Assembly: GCA_035620975.1 (NCBI GenBank)
Contig: DASPFV010000245.1
Coordinates: 47,038-111,037 of the forward strand
DNA length: 64,000 nucleotides
Source of the DNA: Vicinamibacterales bacterium
Lineage (GTDB): Bacteria; Acidobacteriota; Vicinamibacteria; Vicinamibacterales; 2-12-FULL-66-21
Direction: 5' to 3'
Positions 33,005-42,583 of the stretch are shown here, piece after piece. Each line of letters opens with the position of its first letter. Within the stretch, counting starts at the first letter, position 1. The translations under genes and the position numbers were made by a program. The notes beneath the pieces are model-generated. The model saw only the letters and a program-made list of their open reading frames with translations, had not been told where the DNA came from and made no database searches.

Positions 33005-35548
33005 TCAGGCCACCAGCGGGAAGCCCGCAACCACCGCGACCGTGATCACCGTGGTGAGCGTGCAGAAGTGCCAGTACAACCCGACGTTCGCGAGGTCGAT
33101 GTCGTGGTCTGCGGTCATCCGCCCGGCGAGCCTCCGCGCGACGCAGTACGCGTTCATGAGGATTCCGAGCGCCAGGTGCCCGGTGGACCAGATCAGCAGC
33201 AGCCACACCGTGGCCGGGTACACGTGCTGCTGCGGGTCGAGGTTCGCGAGCCAGGGACCCGCGATCAGCGCGGCGCCGCTGGTTCCCGCGAGCAGCGACG
33301 CCGAGGCGAGCGCCGCATAAGTGCTGCGTGCGTCGTCCGCCCGGTTCCGCCTGCGGGCCAGCATCACGAGCGCCCACGCCGCCAGGGCGAGCCCTCCGCC
33401 GAGCGCCGGCCAGAACGGATCCGGGCCGGGCGTGGGATCGGGCGGGAAGTCGGTGTGAATGGTCCAGAAGAAGAAATAGGCGAACACCAGCGAGATGAAG
33501 GCCGTCAGCACGGCCAGCATCGTGATGCACATCGCCCACCAGCTGACCGAGTTCGGTCCCGAGCGGTACAGCGGAAGCGTCAATCCGAGCCCGACGTGCT
33601 TCTCCGGCTTCTCGGGGATGATCGCCGTGCCGGTCCACAGCCAGTACATGATGATGGCGGTCGCGAGGACGAGACTGGCACAGGCGAGCCACCACAGGTG
33701 AAAGGTGCCGAACACGAAGAACCCGCCGGTGGCCACCGCGGCGTACAGCGGGATGAAGGAGGGCCCCGGCAGGCGGAGGCATTCCTCGGGCGTCGCGTCG
33801 ATGACCGAGGTGACGATCGTCTCGCGTTTCTCCTCTTCGGCATCCGGCAGATAGAACCGCCCCTCGTCGACGTCGCGCTCGAAGTTCGGCTGGTCCCAGA
33901 GGGGATACCGTGAGTCGATTTCCGGGATGGAACGGATGCCCCAGGGCTTCCCCGGCATCTCCTGCAGCCACTCGATCGTGCCGGCCGCCCACGGATTGCG
34001 TCGTGCGTAAGGCTGCCCGCCCTTCGGCCGCACGAGATCCCAGAAGATCACGGCGACGCCGGCTGCGAGGATGAACGCGCCGACCGTGGAGGTCATGTTG
34101 AGCGCATTCAGCCCGAGGTCGTCGGGATAGGTGAAGACGCGCCTGGGCATCCCGCGGAGGCCAGTAAGATGCATCGGGAGGAACGCGACGTTGAAGCCGG
34201 CGAACGCGAGCCAGAAACCGATGCGGCCCAGCCGCTCCGACAGCGCCTTCCCGTTGATCAGTGGGAAGAAGTAGTAGCACCCGGCGAAGATCGGGAACAG
34301 CGCGCCGCCGATCAGGACGTAGTGGAAGTGGCCGACCACGAAGAACGTGTCGTGCGCCTGGAAGTCGAAGGGGACGATGGCGACCATGACGCCGGTGAGG
34401 CCGCCGAGGACGAAGATGACGAGGCTGCCGAACGTGAAGAGCATCGGGACCGACCTCGTCATGCGGCCCGCGGCGAGCGTGGCGATGAAACAGAAGATCT
34501 GGACGCCCGTCGGAATGGCGATCGCCTCCGAGGCCGCCGAGAACAGCCCGAGCGAGATGCCCGGCAGGCCGGTCGTGAACATGTGGTGCACCCACAGGCC
34601 GAAGCTCAGGAACCCCGTGCCGACGGCGGCGAGGACGACCCACGTGTAGCCGACGATCGGCGTCCGCGCGAACGTCGGGACGATCATCGCGATCAGCGCG
34701 ACCGACGGCAGGAAGATGATGTACACCTCGGGGTGGCCGAAGAGCCAGAAGAGGTGCTGCCAGAGCAGCGGGTCGCCGCCGCCCGCGGGGTCGAAGAACG
34801 GCCACTTGAAGGCGCGTTCCACCTCGAGCAGCAGGCTGCCGGCGATGAGCGGCGGGAACGCGAAGAGGATCATGGCGGCGGCGACCAGGATGTACCAGGC
34901 GTAGAGGGGCATCAGGTTCAGCCGCATGCCGGGCGGGCGGCACTTCAGGGTGCCGACGATCATCTCGACCGCGGCCGCGATCGCCGCCACCTCGATGAAC
35001 GAGAAGCCCAGCAGCCAGATGTCCGGGCCGATTCCCGGCTGATAGGTGGACGTCAGGGGCGGATACATGAACCAGCCGCCGCGCGGCGCCGCGCCCACGA
35101 AGATCGACCCGCTCAGGAACAGCCCGCCGATGAGGAACGCCCAGAACCCGAACGCGGACAGCCGGGGGAACGGCAGATCGCGCGCGCCGAGCATCTGGGG
35201 CAGGAACATCACCGCGATCGCCTCGAATACCGGGATCGCGAAGAGGAACATCATGACCGAGCCGTGCACCGTGAAGGCCTGGTTGTACAGCTCGGCCGAG
35301 AGCAGGTCGTTTCCGGGAGTCGCGAGCTGCAGCCGCATCAGCAGCGCGAGCGCGCCGCCGAAGAGCAGGAACACGAACGTGGCGGCGGTGTACCACAGCC
35401 CGACCTCCGAGTTGTTGACGGCGGACCAGTAGCGCCAGCCCGTCGGCGTCTTCCATGCCCGCAGGAGCCGTTCCTCCTGGCCCCGCCGCACATCGAGCGG
35501 CGGCGGCGCGGCGAGCGGCTGCTTGTCGGAGGTCGTCGTCTCAGGCAT
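33005..35548 (-). CDS. ctaD: Cytochrome c oxidase subunit I fused to a subunit III-like C-terminal domain
   Basis: 847 aa from MPETTTSD. WLFGHPEVYIIFLP, GLWVHHMFTTG and VVGHFHYVLIGG (haem/CuB ligands). About 5 extra C-terminal helices (WWAMCITMLAV..., LYWHFCTLTTV). Confidence 0.9.
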   Translation of the reverse strand: MPETTTSDKQPLAAPPPLDVRRGQEERLLRAWKTPTGWRYWSAVNNSEVGLWYTAATFVFLLFGGALALLMRLQLATPGNDLLSAELYNQAFTVHGSVMMFLFAIPVFEAIAVMFLPQMLGARDLPFPRLSAFGFWAFLIGGLFLSGSIFVGAAPRGGWFMYPPLTSTYQPGIGPDIWLLGFSFIEVAAIAAAVEMIVGTLKCRPPGMRLNLMPLYAWYILVAAAMILFAFPPLIAGSLLLEVERAFKWPFFDPAGGGDPLLWQHLFWLFGHPEVYIIFLPSVALIAMIVPTFARTPIVGYTWVVLAAVGTGFLSFGLWVHHMFTTGLPGISLGLFSAASEAIAIPTGVQIFCFIATLAAGRMTRSVPMLFTFGSLVIFVLGGLTGVMVAIVPFDFQAHDTFFVVGHFHYVLIGGALFPIFAGCYYFFPLINGKALSERLGRIGFWLAFAGFNVAFLPMHLTGLRGMPRRVFTYPDDLGLNALNMTSTVGAFILAAGVAVIFWDLVRPKGGQPYARRNPWAAGTIEWLQEMPGKPWGIRSIPEIDSRYPLWDQPNFERDVDEGRFYLPDAEEEKRETIVTSVIDATPEECLRLPGPSFIPLYAAVATGGFFVFGTFHLWWLACASLVLATAIIMYWLWTGTAIIPEKPEKHVGLGLTLPLYRSGPNSVSWWAMCITMLAVLTAFISLVFAYFFFWTIHTDFPPDPTPGPDPFWPALGGGLALAAWALVMLARRRNRADDARSTYAALASASLLAGTSGAALIAGPWLANLDPQQHVYPATVWLLLIWSTGHLALGILMNAYCVARRLAGRMTADHDIDLANVGLYWHFCTLTTVITVAVVAGFPLVA

Positions 35549-35556
35549 GCGTCCCG

Positions 35557-36567
35557 TCACTTCAGCGCAGCGAGATACGCGGCGAGCGCGTCGAGGTCGG
35601 CGTCCGGCAGCATGCCGAATGCCGGCATGTGCACCCCGGGCTTGACGTGCTCCGTTCTCGCAATCCAGCGGCGAAACTCGTCCGGGCTGGTGGGCAGGAT
35701 GCCGGCGCCGACGCTCAGCCGGCTGCCGACGTGTGTCAGGTCGGGACCGATCAGGCCGCCGGCGGGCGTGCCGCGGATCGTGTGGCACGCGCCGCATCCC
35801 GTGGCTTCGAAGAGCTCGCGGCCGCGCGCGGCCGGACCCGCTGGCATCGGCACGGCCGGCGCGGCCTGGCCATCCAGCCACCGCTCGAACGCGGTCTTCT
35901 CCATCACCTCGACATAGAAGGCCATCAGCGCGTGAGACGTTCCGCAGTACTCCGCGCAGGCGCCGCGGAACACGCCGGTGGCCGTGGGACGCACCGTGAG
36001 ATGGGTCGTGCGGCCGGGAATCATGTCCATCTTCCCGGCCAGCGCCGGAATCCAGAACGAGTGGATCACGTTGTCGCTGTCGAGCCGGAATTGCACCGGT
36101 TCGCCCGCCGGAAGGCGGACCTCGTTGGCGAGGACGATCTCGCGGCCGTCCCCCGGCAGGTAGCGCACGCGCCACCACCACTGCTCGCCGGTGACGGCCA
36201 CGAGCAGGCTGCCGGCAGGCGCCCGCTCGACCGCCGCGGGCAGCATGGCAAGGCTGCTGGCGAGCAGGATCGTCAGCGTGATGGCCGGGACGACCACGCC
36301 GCCGCCCACGATGAGCAGCCGGTCGCGCATCCGGCTCCGGCGGCCCGGGCGCGCCCTTCCGTAGTACACCGCGAGGGCGATCACGACGATCCAGACCACC
36401 AGCGCCACCACCGTCATCAACCAGAAGAGCCCCGCGATGCGCGAGGCTTCGCGCCCGGCCGGCGCGAGCGCCGACTGGATACCCTCGCAGCCGCCTGCGA
36501 GCGCCTGGGCAGCCAGCAGAAGCGCCACGCACCTCCATCGCCGCTCTCGTGTGCCCAGATCACTCAT
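35557..36567 (-). CDS. ctaC: Cytochrome c oxidase subunit II with a fused C-terminal cytochrome c domain (caa3-type)
   Basis: CuA site DNVIHSFWIP...CAEYCGTSHALM, then CGACH plus a downstream Met region (VHMPAFG). Confidence 0.9.
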   Translation of the reverse strand: MSDLGTRERRWRCVALLLAAQALAGGCEGIQSALAPAGREASRIAGLFWLMTVVALVVWIVVIALAVYYGRARPGRRSRMRDRLLIVGGGVVVPAITLTILLASSLAMLPAAVERAPAGSLLVAVTGEQWWWRVRYLPGDGREIVLANEVRLPAGEPVQFRLDSDNVIHSFWIPALAGKMDMIPGRTTHLTVRPTATGVFRGACAEYCGTSHALMAFYVEVMEKTAFERWLDGQAAPAVPMPAGPAARGRELFEATGCGACHTIRGTPAGGLIGPDLTHVGSRLSVGAGILPTSPDEFRRWIARTEHVKPGVHMPAFGMLPDADLDALAAYLAALK

Positions 36568-36570
36568 CGG

Positions 36571-37632
36571 TCACCCGAGGAGGTACACGCCCGTGACGCC
36601 TACGGCGTAGGCGACCAGCACGGCGACAGAGTCGTAGCCCATGCGCAGCACGGTTCGATCGCGGCGCTCCAGGAGGCCGAGGAGGTAGATGGCCGTCACG
36701 ACCATGCCCGTCGCCGCCGCGAACAGCGCTGACGCGTCCGTTTGCGCGAGGATGGGACCCCCGCGGTATGCCGCGTCGGCGAGCACGAAGAGCGCCACTT
36801 CGAGGCAGTTCGTGCCCAGGATGTTCGACACGGCCATCTGGTGGTTACCCTGCCGCACGGCGGCGAGCGCCGTGCTCAGTTCCGGCAGCGAGGTGCTGGC
36901 CGCCACGAGCGCTACGCCCACGAAGCTGGCGCTGAGCCCCGTCTGCTTCGACAGCGCGTCGCCCGCCTGGGCGAGCGCCCAGCCGGCGACCAGGATGGCC
37001 AGGGCCGCGACCGCGCTCCGCGCGTACAGCCCGGACGTCGGCACCTCGTCCATGGCGCGGCTCCGCTCGCGCTGCGACGCGGCACTGTCCTGCGCCTCGT
37101 CGGGCGCGTTCGTGGCGCGCCAGCGCGGGAGATGATCGTCGCCCGGCCTTGACAGCCTCACCGTGAAGACGTAGCCGGCCAGCAGCACCAGCGGAGTCAG
37201 TCCGAAGCCGAACAGCGAGACGGGGTCGCCGGCGGCGGCGCCGGCGATCGCGATCGACAGGAGAAGGAGCAGCATGACGGCCTGGAAGAGCAGCGCCGGC
37301 TGCGGTGTGAAGTAGGTGAGCGCTCCGCGCACGGCAATCAGGTCGACGATGGCCAGGACGGCCACCTGCAGCGCCACGCCGCCGAACAGGTTGCCGGCCA
37401 CCAGCCGCGCGTTGTCGAGGAGCGCGCCGGTGATCGTCGTGACGATCTCAGGAAGGGAGGTGGCCACGCCCAGCAGAATCAGGCCGAGGAACGCCTTGCT
37501 CAGTCGGGTGCGGCCGCTGATGGCGTCGGCGTAAGTCGCCAGCCGGGTCCCCGCAATCCACACCACCATGCAGGCGGCGGCGAAGATGCCGAGGTTGGCC
37601 AGCACGGAGAGCGAGGAGAAGTCAAACGGCAT
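36571..37632 (-). CDS. CaCA-family cation (Ca2+/Na+ or Ca2+/H+) antiporter
   Basis: From MPFDFS. Two alpha-repeat signatures: GVATSLPEIVTTITG and ASTSLPELSTALAAVRQG. The stop is 3 nt from the subunit II start. Confidence 0.8.
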   Translation of the reverse strand: MPFDFSSLSVLANLGIFAAACMVVWIAGTRLATYADAISGRTRLSKAFLGLILLGVATSLPEIVTTITGALLDNARLVAGNLFGGVALQVAVLAIVDLIAVRGALTYFTPQPALLFQAVMLLLLLSIAIAGAAAGDPVSLFGFGLTPLVLLAGYVFTVRLSRPGDDHLPRWRATNAPDEAQDSAASQRERSRAMDEVPTSGLYARSAVAALAILVAGWALAQAGDALSKQTGLSASFVGVALVAASTSLPELSTALAAVRQGNHQMAVSNILGTNCLEVALFVLADAAYRGGPILAQTDASALFAAATGMVVTAIYLLGLLERRDRTVLRMGYDSVAVLVAYAVGVTGVYLLG

Positions 37633-37773
37633 GATCTGCGCCGGCTGCAAGCCCGTCCGGGGCCCATGAAGCAAGCCCTCTGCCCGAATACGGCCCTTCG
37701 CGTGAGCAATCGGGCGCCGGGTGGTGGCCCGTTTGCATCACACGCTGGAGGAGTCGACTGGAATTACTACACG

Positions 37774-38220
37774 ATGGACGTCAAGCTCCTCCATGAGGCG
37801 AACGGACTCCGCACGTTCGCCGTGATCTTCTCGACTGGCGACGAGCCCGTGTCGGGGCTCGAACGCTTCGCGGGAGATCACGGAGTTACCGCCGCGCAGG
37901 TCACGGCCATCGGCGCGTTCAGCCGGGCCACGGTGGGTTACTTCGACTGGCAGAGGAAGGACTATCAGCGCATCGGGATCGACGAGCAGGTGGAAGTGCT
38001 GACGCTGGCGGGGAACATCGCCGTCAAGGACGGCGGGCGGAATCCGGCGCTGCACCTGCACGTCGTGCTGGGCCGCCGCGACGGCAGCGCGTGCGGCGGC
38101 CATCTGCTCGAGGCATCGGTCCGGCCGACGCTGGAGGTCATCGTCATCGAAAGCGCCGCGCACCTGCGCCGGCGGACGGATCCCGAGACAGGACTCGCGC
38201 TCCTCGACGCTGGAGCGTAG
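37774..38220 (+). CDS. PPC/DUF296 domain protein
   Basis: MDVKLLHEANGLRTFAVIFSTGDE...VTAIGAFSRATVGYFD...LHLHVVLGRRDGSACGGHL, the usual PPC fold pattern. Confidence 0.65.
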   Translation: MDVKLLHEANGLRTFAVIFSTGDEPVSGLERFAGDHGVTAAQVTAIGAFSRATVGYFDWQRKDYQRIGIDEQVEVLTLAGNIAVKDGGRNPALHLHVVLGRRDGSACGGHLLEASVRPTLEVIVIESAAHLRRRTDPETGLALLDAGA

Positions 38221-38245
38221 CAGCAGGCTACCGAAGGGTCCCTAG

Positions 38246-38277
38246 AGAACCTTGAACTTTCAGAACCTTGAACCTGG
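38246..38277. repeat. 12-nt direct repeat AGAACCTTGAAC x2 (4-nt spacer) + CTGG in a low-GC spacer between convergent genes
   Basis: agAGAACCTTGAACtttcAGAACCTTGAACctgg. It overlaps the last codons and stop of the 38260 gene. Confidence 0.8.
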
Positions 38278-38820
38278 ATCGGCCGATTCGCGCAACGCAT
38301 CGGCCAGCAGCGTCAGCATCCGGCCGTACTCCGAATCGGCTCTCCGGAACTTCTCCTCGTAATCCTGCTTCGAGAGCTTCTGGCCTCTCCAGTCGCCGTT
38401 GAAGATGGTCTGACTCGTGCCGCGTTCGTACATGATGTCGACGCTCCCCCCGCCCGCGCCGCCCAGGCCGTCGCAGTCCATGTCCTGGAAGAACAGCTTG
38501 GTCTCGGGCGCCACGGCGGAGTGCAGGATCGAGTAGACCTCGGCGTAATTCCGCTGGGCCATCATCGCCCGCAGGTAATCGGCGGCGGTCGAGCTTCCGG
38601 CGACCGCCAGCAGCTGCACGTCGGGGATCAGCATCGCCGCGACGAACCGGCCTGGCGCGGCAGGATCTTCGACGGCCACCGCATCGAGCTGCCTGGCTTT
38701 CATCAACGCCACGAGCTCGTTTGCCGGTTTCGTGGAGCTCTCGGGCGCCGTCAGCACGGGCGCAGCGGCCGCCGAGGCCACGAGCACGAGCACGAGTGGT
38801 CCGGGCATCAGGCGTGACAT
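38260..38820 (-). CDS. Hypothetical exported protein
   Basis: From MSRLMPGPLVLVLVASAAAAPVLTA (signal peptide, AAAGGAG RBS). I recognise no family. Confidence 0.5.
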   Translation of the reverse strand: MSRLMPGPLVLVLVASAAAAPVLTAPESSTKPANELVALMKARQLDAVAVEDPAAPGRFVAAMLIPDVQLLAVAGSSTAADYLRAMMAQRNYAEVYSILHSAVAPETKLFFQDMDCDGLGGAGGGSVDIMYERGTSQTIFNGDWRGQKLSKQDYEEKFRRADSEYGRMLTLLADALRESADPGSRF

Positions 38821-39143
38821 GGTGTGAACTCCTTTGAGTTCAAAGTGTATTACAGATGGGTCGGAGCAGGCAACGGACGCGCCAGCCAGGCCGCTACGTC
38901 CCCGCGCACGTTCCCCGAAAGCGCGAAATAGCGCCAGCCGGTCTCGAGATGTCGTCGACCCCGTCGGTTGCGCAATCCTGGCGACGCTGGGCAGCGTCGG
39001 GCTGCGTCTTCCGGAGAGCCTATTGCACGGATTCCTCCGTCGGGCGGCGCTGCCGAATGAGTGCAGCGCCGCAGCTGTGGTCACAACGAGCGTGCCGCAA
39101 CGTAGCGACACAGCGCGACAACATGCAACACAGGAGGTGACGA

Positions 39144-40511
39144 GTGTCTCGACCGTTTCTGTTCCGTCTCGGCGTCCTGTCCGCGGCGGCTTTCCTCGCC
39201 GCCGGGGGCAGCGCGAGCGCGGACCAGTGGAATGACAGGACCATCATGAAGTTCTCCGAACCCGTGATGGTGCCCGGTGCGACCCTGCAGCCTGGCACGT
39301 ACGTCTTCGAGTTGATGGACACCAGCGCGAACCGCAACGTCGTACAGATCACGACGGAGGACCAGTCCAAGGTGCTGGCCATCGCGCAGGCCGTGCCGAT
39401 GAAACGCGCCGAAGCAAAGGGCGACGTGGTGGTGAAGCTCAAACCCACCGAGGCGGGCTCGCCGCCGGCCGTCAGCGGGTGGTTCTTCCCGGGATCCCTG
39501 TACGGGCACCAGTTCATCTACCCGGAGGAGCAGGCCCGGCAGATCGCGGAGCGCACCAAGACGCTTGTGCTCTCGGTCGATGTCCCGGGGAGCGACATGG
39601 AGAAAGGCACCCTGCACACCTACGACGGCTCAGGCAAGCGGGCTGAGTGGAAGGGAGATGCCGCGACGCTCAAGGAGTGGGACGAGTGGCAGACCACGCG
39701 GCGAGCTACCGCCAAGGTCGCGGCCCCGCAGCCGCCCGCCGGCAGACCGGAGGCCGGTGCGCCCATGATCGAGGCAGACCAGCAGGGCACGGCTGTCAGG
39801 GTCGATCAGCTCGAGGACAACGCCCGGCAGTACATCGGCAAGACCGTCAGCGTCGATGCCGAGATCGAGGACGTGCTCGGGCCACGCATGTTCACGATCG
39901 ACGAGCCCCGCTGGGGCGACCTCGAGGGGGAGATCCTCGTCTACGTGCCCACCTCGCTCGCCGCGCTCGTCCGGGAGGACGATCGGGTGACGGTGACGGG
40001 AACCGTGAAGTCGTTCGTGCGCTCCGATGTCGAGCGCGAGTGGGGCTGGATCGGGCTGGATCCGGAAATCGAACTGGAATTCGCGAAGCGGCCGGTCATC
40101 GTCGCCTCCCGCGTGGTCGGTGGGACCAACAACACCGCCATGCTCATCGAGATCGACTCCGCGCCGGACAAGCCGGTGGGCACGACCGGCGGCAGCGCCG
40201 CACCCCTCACTGACCTGAACGCGATCGCTCAGGGGCGCGACGAGTTCGTCGGACGCAGAGTCAGTCTGACCGGACTCAAGGTCGATGAAGTGGCGAAGGG
40301 CGGCGGGTTCTTCACCAGAGCGCCGAACGGGATGATCTTCGTGCTGCCCGCGCATCCGGACAAGACGAGCGTGCAGGCCGGAGACTCCATCTCGGTCGAC
40401 GGCGTGATCCTCCAGCTCCCGCGGGAAATGAAGAAGCGTCTGCGTGGCGCTGCGGGGGACTCGAAGGGCCCGGGTGAGGTCTACGTCTACGCGACCGACG
40501 TGAGGAAGTAG
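39144..40511 (+). CDS. Hypothetical exported protein with two related C-terminal modules
   Basis: GTG start after CAGGAGG. Signal peptide LGVLSAAAFLAAGGSASA. Internal similarity between IGKTVSVDAEIEDVLGPRMFTI... and VGRRVSLTGLKVDEVAKGGGFFT... Confidence 0.6.
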   Translation: MSRPFLFRLGVLSAAAFLAAGGSASADQWNDRTIMKFSEPVMVPGATLQPGTYVFELMDTSANRNVVQITTEDQSKVLAIAQAVPMKRAEAKGDVVVKLKPTEAGSPPAVSGWFFPGSLYGHQFIYPEEQARQIAERTKTLVLSVDVPGSDMEKGTLHTYDGSGKRAEWKGDAATLKEWDEWQTTRRATAKVAAPQPPAGRPEAGAPMIEADQQGTAVRVDQLEDNARQYIGKTVSVDAEIEDVLGPRMFTIDEPRWGDLEGEILVYVPTSLAALVREDDRVTVTGTVKSFVRSDVEREWGWIGLDPEIELEFAKRPVIVASRVVGGTNNTAMLIEIDSAPDKPVGTTGGSAAPLTDLNAIAQGRDEFVGRRVSLTGLKVDEVAKGGGFFTRAPNGMIFVLPAHPDKTSVQAGDSISVDGVILQLPREMKKRLRGAAGDSKGPGEVYVYATDVRK

Positions 40512-40548
40512 AGCCACCACGAACGTCGCGGCCAGTGATGACGGGAGG

Positions 40549-41001
40549 TCAGCGCGACCTCCCGTCCGTCCCGGCGCTGGAGGCCGCCCGCGCGGGGGCG
40601 GCCCACGCCAGCAGCGCGCGGATCTGCTGCACGAGCACGCCAGGGAGACACGGCTTGGTCAGGAAGACGTCGCAGCCGGCCTTGCGGGCCAGGCTGGGCG
40701 CCGGCTCGAGCGCGTCCGCCGACAGCACGATGATGGGCGTGCGCCGCGGGCCGTCTTCCGCCCTGACGCGCCGGACCAGCTCCAGCCCGTCGAACGGGCC
40801 TCGGACCCGGATGCCGGTGACGATCAGATCGGCCTCGTGCACGCGAGCCAGCGCCTCGACGGTGTGGCCGGCCTCGATCGGGCGGAACTCGCTCCGCCGC
40901 AGGTATTCGGCGTACATCTGGCGCGCATCGGCGAAGTCGTCGACGAGCAGTACCGACTGTTGACGTCCCGCAGGCCGCCGGAGCGCATGGATGGTCGCCA
41001 T
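40549..41001 (-). CDS. Single-domain response-regulator receiver, apparently lacking the phospho-acceptor Asp
   Basis: From MATIHAL. VLLVDDFADAR (acidic pair), IIVLSAD and FLTKP (Ser/Lys present). At the end of beta3, however, it reads ADLIVTGIRVRGPFDG, with Gly where Asp is expected. Confidence 0.7.
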   Translation of the reverse strand: MATIHALRRPAGRQQSVLLVDDFADARQMYAEYLRRSEFRPIEAGHTVEALARVHEADLIVTGIRVRGPFDGLELVRRVRAEDGPRRTPIIVLSADALEPAPSLARKAGCDVFLTKPCLPGVLVQQIRALLAWAAPARAASSAGTDGRSR

Positions 41002-41249
41002 CACGCACCCCTGCGCAGCGCGAGCGGCGCGAGCCTGTTGCGCGCGGCACCGCTGCCGTCGGCTGCCATGAACGCGCCTTCCCCGGTTCGCGTCAGGAAG
41101 CCTTCCGCCACGAGGGTGTCGAGCGCGGTCTGGCAGGTGGCGCTGTCGAGCTGCCACAATCGGCGCGCCTGCGCCACGGTCAGCCGCAGCCCGGGCATCT
41201 CGCGGTACTCGCCCCGGATCCGCGTGAGCAGTGACTTCGGTGCCGACAT
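41001..41249 (-). CDS. Small hypothetical protein (possible winged-helix), translationally coupled to the receiver gene
   Basis: 82 aa: LTRIRGEYREMPGLRLTVAQARRLWQLDSATCQTALDTLVAEGFLTR. The stop overlaps the downstream ATG (TGATG). Confidence 0.45.
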   Translation of the reverse strand: MSAPKSLLTRIRGEYREMPGLRLTVAQARRLWQLDSATCQTALDTLVAEGFLTRTGEGAFMAADGSGAARNRLAPLALRRGA

Positions 41250-41360
41250 GAACCCCCCTCGCCCAATGTGTTTTGAGTTCCCACTATTGGGTACCTGTCG
41301 AGCATAACGGGCCGCAGGCCGGCAGGTCTGTCGCGTTCCGAACGGACTCGGGGTTTCCCC

Positions 41361-42143
41361 TTACGCCTTCGAGCGAGATGGCCAGGTGGGTTCGAACAGC
41401 CGCCGGATCAGGAAGTAGCAGACGCAGGTAACGGCTTCGAGCCGCCGGCGATCGAGAATCCGCACCTGCCCGTGTACGTACGTGATGAGGCCGGCTTCCT
41501 GGAGCTTCGATGCCGCCAGCGTGACGGTCGGGCGGGTGACGCCCAGCACGGCGGCCAGCATCTCGTGACTGAGGCGGAACTGCCCCCCGGGCATCCGGTC
41601 GTGTGCCATCAGCAGCCATCGTGCGCAGCGTCGCTGCACCCCGTGCAGCGCATTGCAGGCGGCACATTGCATGACGGTCCCGAGGAACGCGTGCAGGTAC
41701 CGCCAGACCACGCCCTGCAGGGCCTCAGCCGTCACGAGCTCACGTCGAAACACGTCGGTCGGCAGGCTGGTCAGCTGGCCGTCCGCAATCTGGAGCAGGG
41801 CGTCGCCGAGGGCCGGCACGTCAGCCCCGAAACACGCCTCGATGCCGAGAATCCCCTCGCGGCCGACGATGGCAGCCTCGACCATCGTGCCGTCAGGCAG
41901 TGTGCGGGTGACCGAGAAGACGCCGCCGGAAGGGAAGTAGACCCGGTGAACCGGCTGTCCAGCGCGGTGCAGGACCTGCCCGGGCGCGACGCTCTTCGTC
42001 TCGAGGTGCGGCACTAGCCGCTGGTACTGCGGCTGCGGGACGCCTTCGAGGAGTCGGTTCTGCGCTCGCGAGTGGCCATGTCTGCCCAACAGGTAGACCT
42101 CCTGGCCGGTGGCCGCGACCGGGCCCGGTGTCCGTCGATCCAC
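41361..42143 (-). CDS. Crp/Fnr-family transcriptional regulator
   Basis: cNMP-binding-like beta-barrel (VYFPSGGVFSV..., VGREGILG) and a C-terminal HTH (SHEMLAAVLGVTRPTVTLAASKLQEAGLI). The start is uncertain; a TTG about 60 nt downstream is possible. Confidence 0.8.
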   Translation of the reverse strand: MDRRTPGPVAATGQEVYLLGRHGHSRAQNRLLEGVPQPQYQRLVPHLETKSVAPGQVLHRAGQPVHRVYFPSGGVFSVTRTLPDGTMVEAAIVGREGILGIEACFGADVPALGDALLQIADGQLTSLPTDVFRRELVTAEALQGVVWRYLHAFLGTVMQCAACNALHGVQRRCARWLLMAHDRMPGGQFRLSHEMLAAVLGVTRPTVTLAASKLQEAGLITYVHGQVRILDRRRLEAVTCVCYFLIRRLFEPTWPSRSKA

Positions 42144-42583
42144 CGCGCGTGCCAGGGGTCAGGCCGCGCGGATTCCGAGAGCACGACGAGGTATGCACAC
42201 GCAGATGCCGCGTTCGGCAGCGGCGCGCGTGAACTCCCCGGGCTCGCCCGAGTGTCCCGGCCGCCGGTCCACGCGCCGGATCGAGCACGTGGCGCCGAGG
42301 CGCCCGGCGAGACGCACAACCGGGCGAGCCAGAAGAACGCGGTCCGTCCTGCAGGAAACCGCGACAAGAGCCCCGGCCGCCGTGCGACGGTGCGACTCCG
42401 CTGGCGCGATGTGGTCACAGTGACGTGATGTCGTCAGCCGCGCCGTCTCCTTCCCGTCCGGCAACGGCGGACCCTCGAGCATGCCGGCCAGCCGGGGGGC
42501 AAAAGCAGTTCCCGTGCGCAGGACGCACGTTTCGACATCCCGCTGATGAAGGCGTGGACGAGCGCGGCGGGCGGCATCAGAGC

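Noticed and set aside
32619-35456. 945-aa minus ORF and the 33005..36538 1177-aa composite ORF taken at face value
   Set aside because: The first is mostly a shadow frame of the subunit I gene, and only its last 125 codons look real. The second reads through from the subunit II region, and the true subunit I start is MPETTTSD at 35548.
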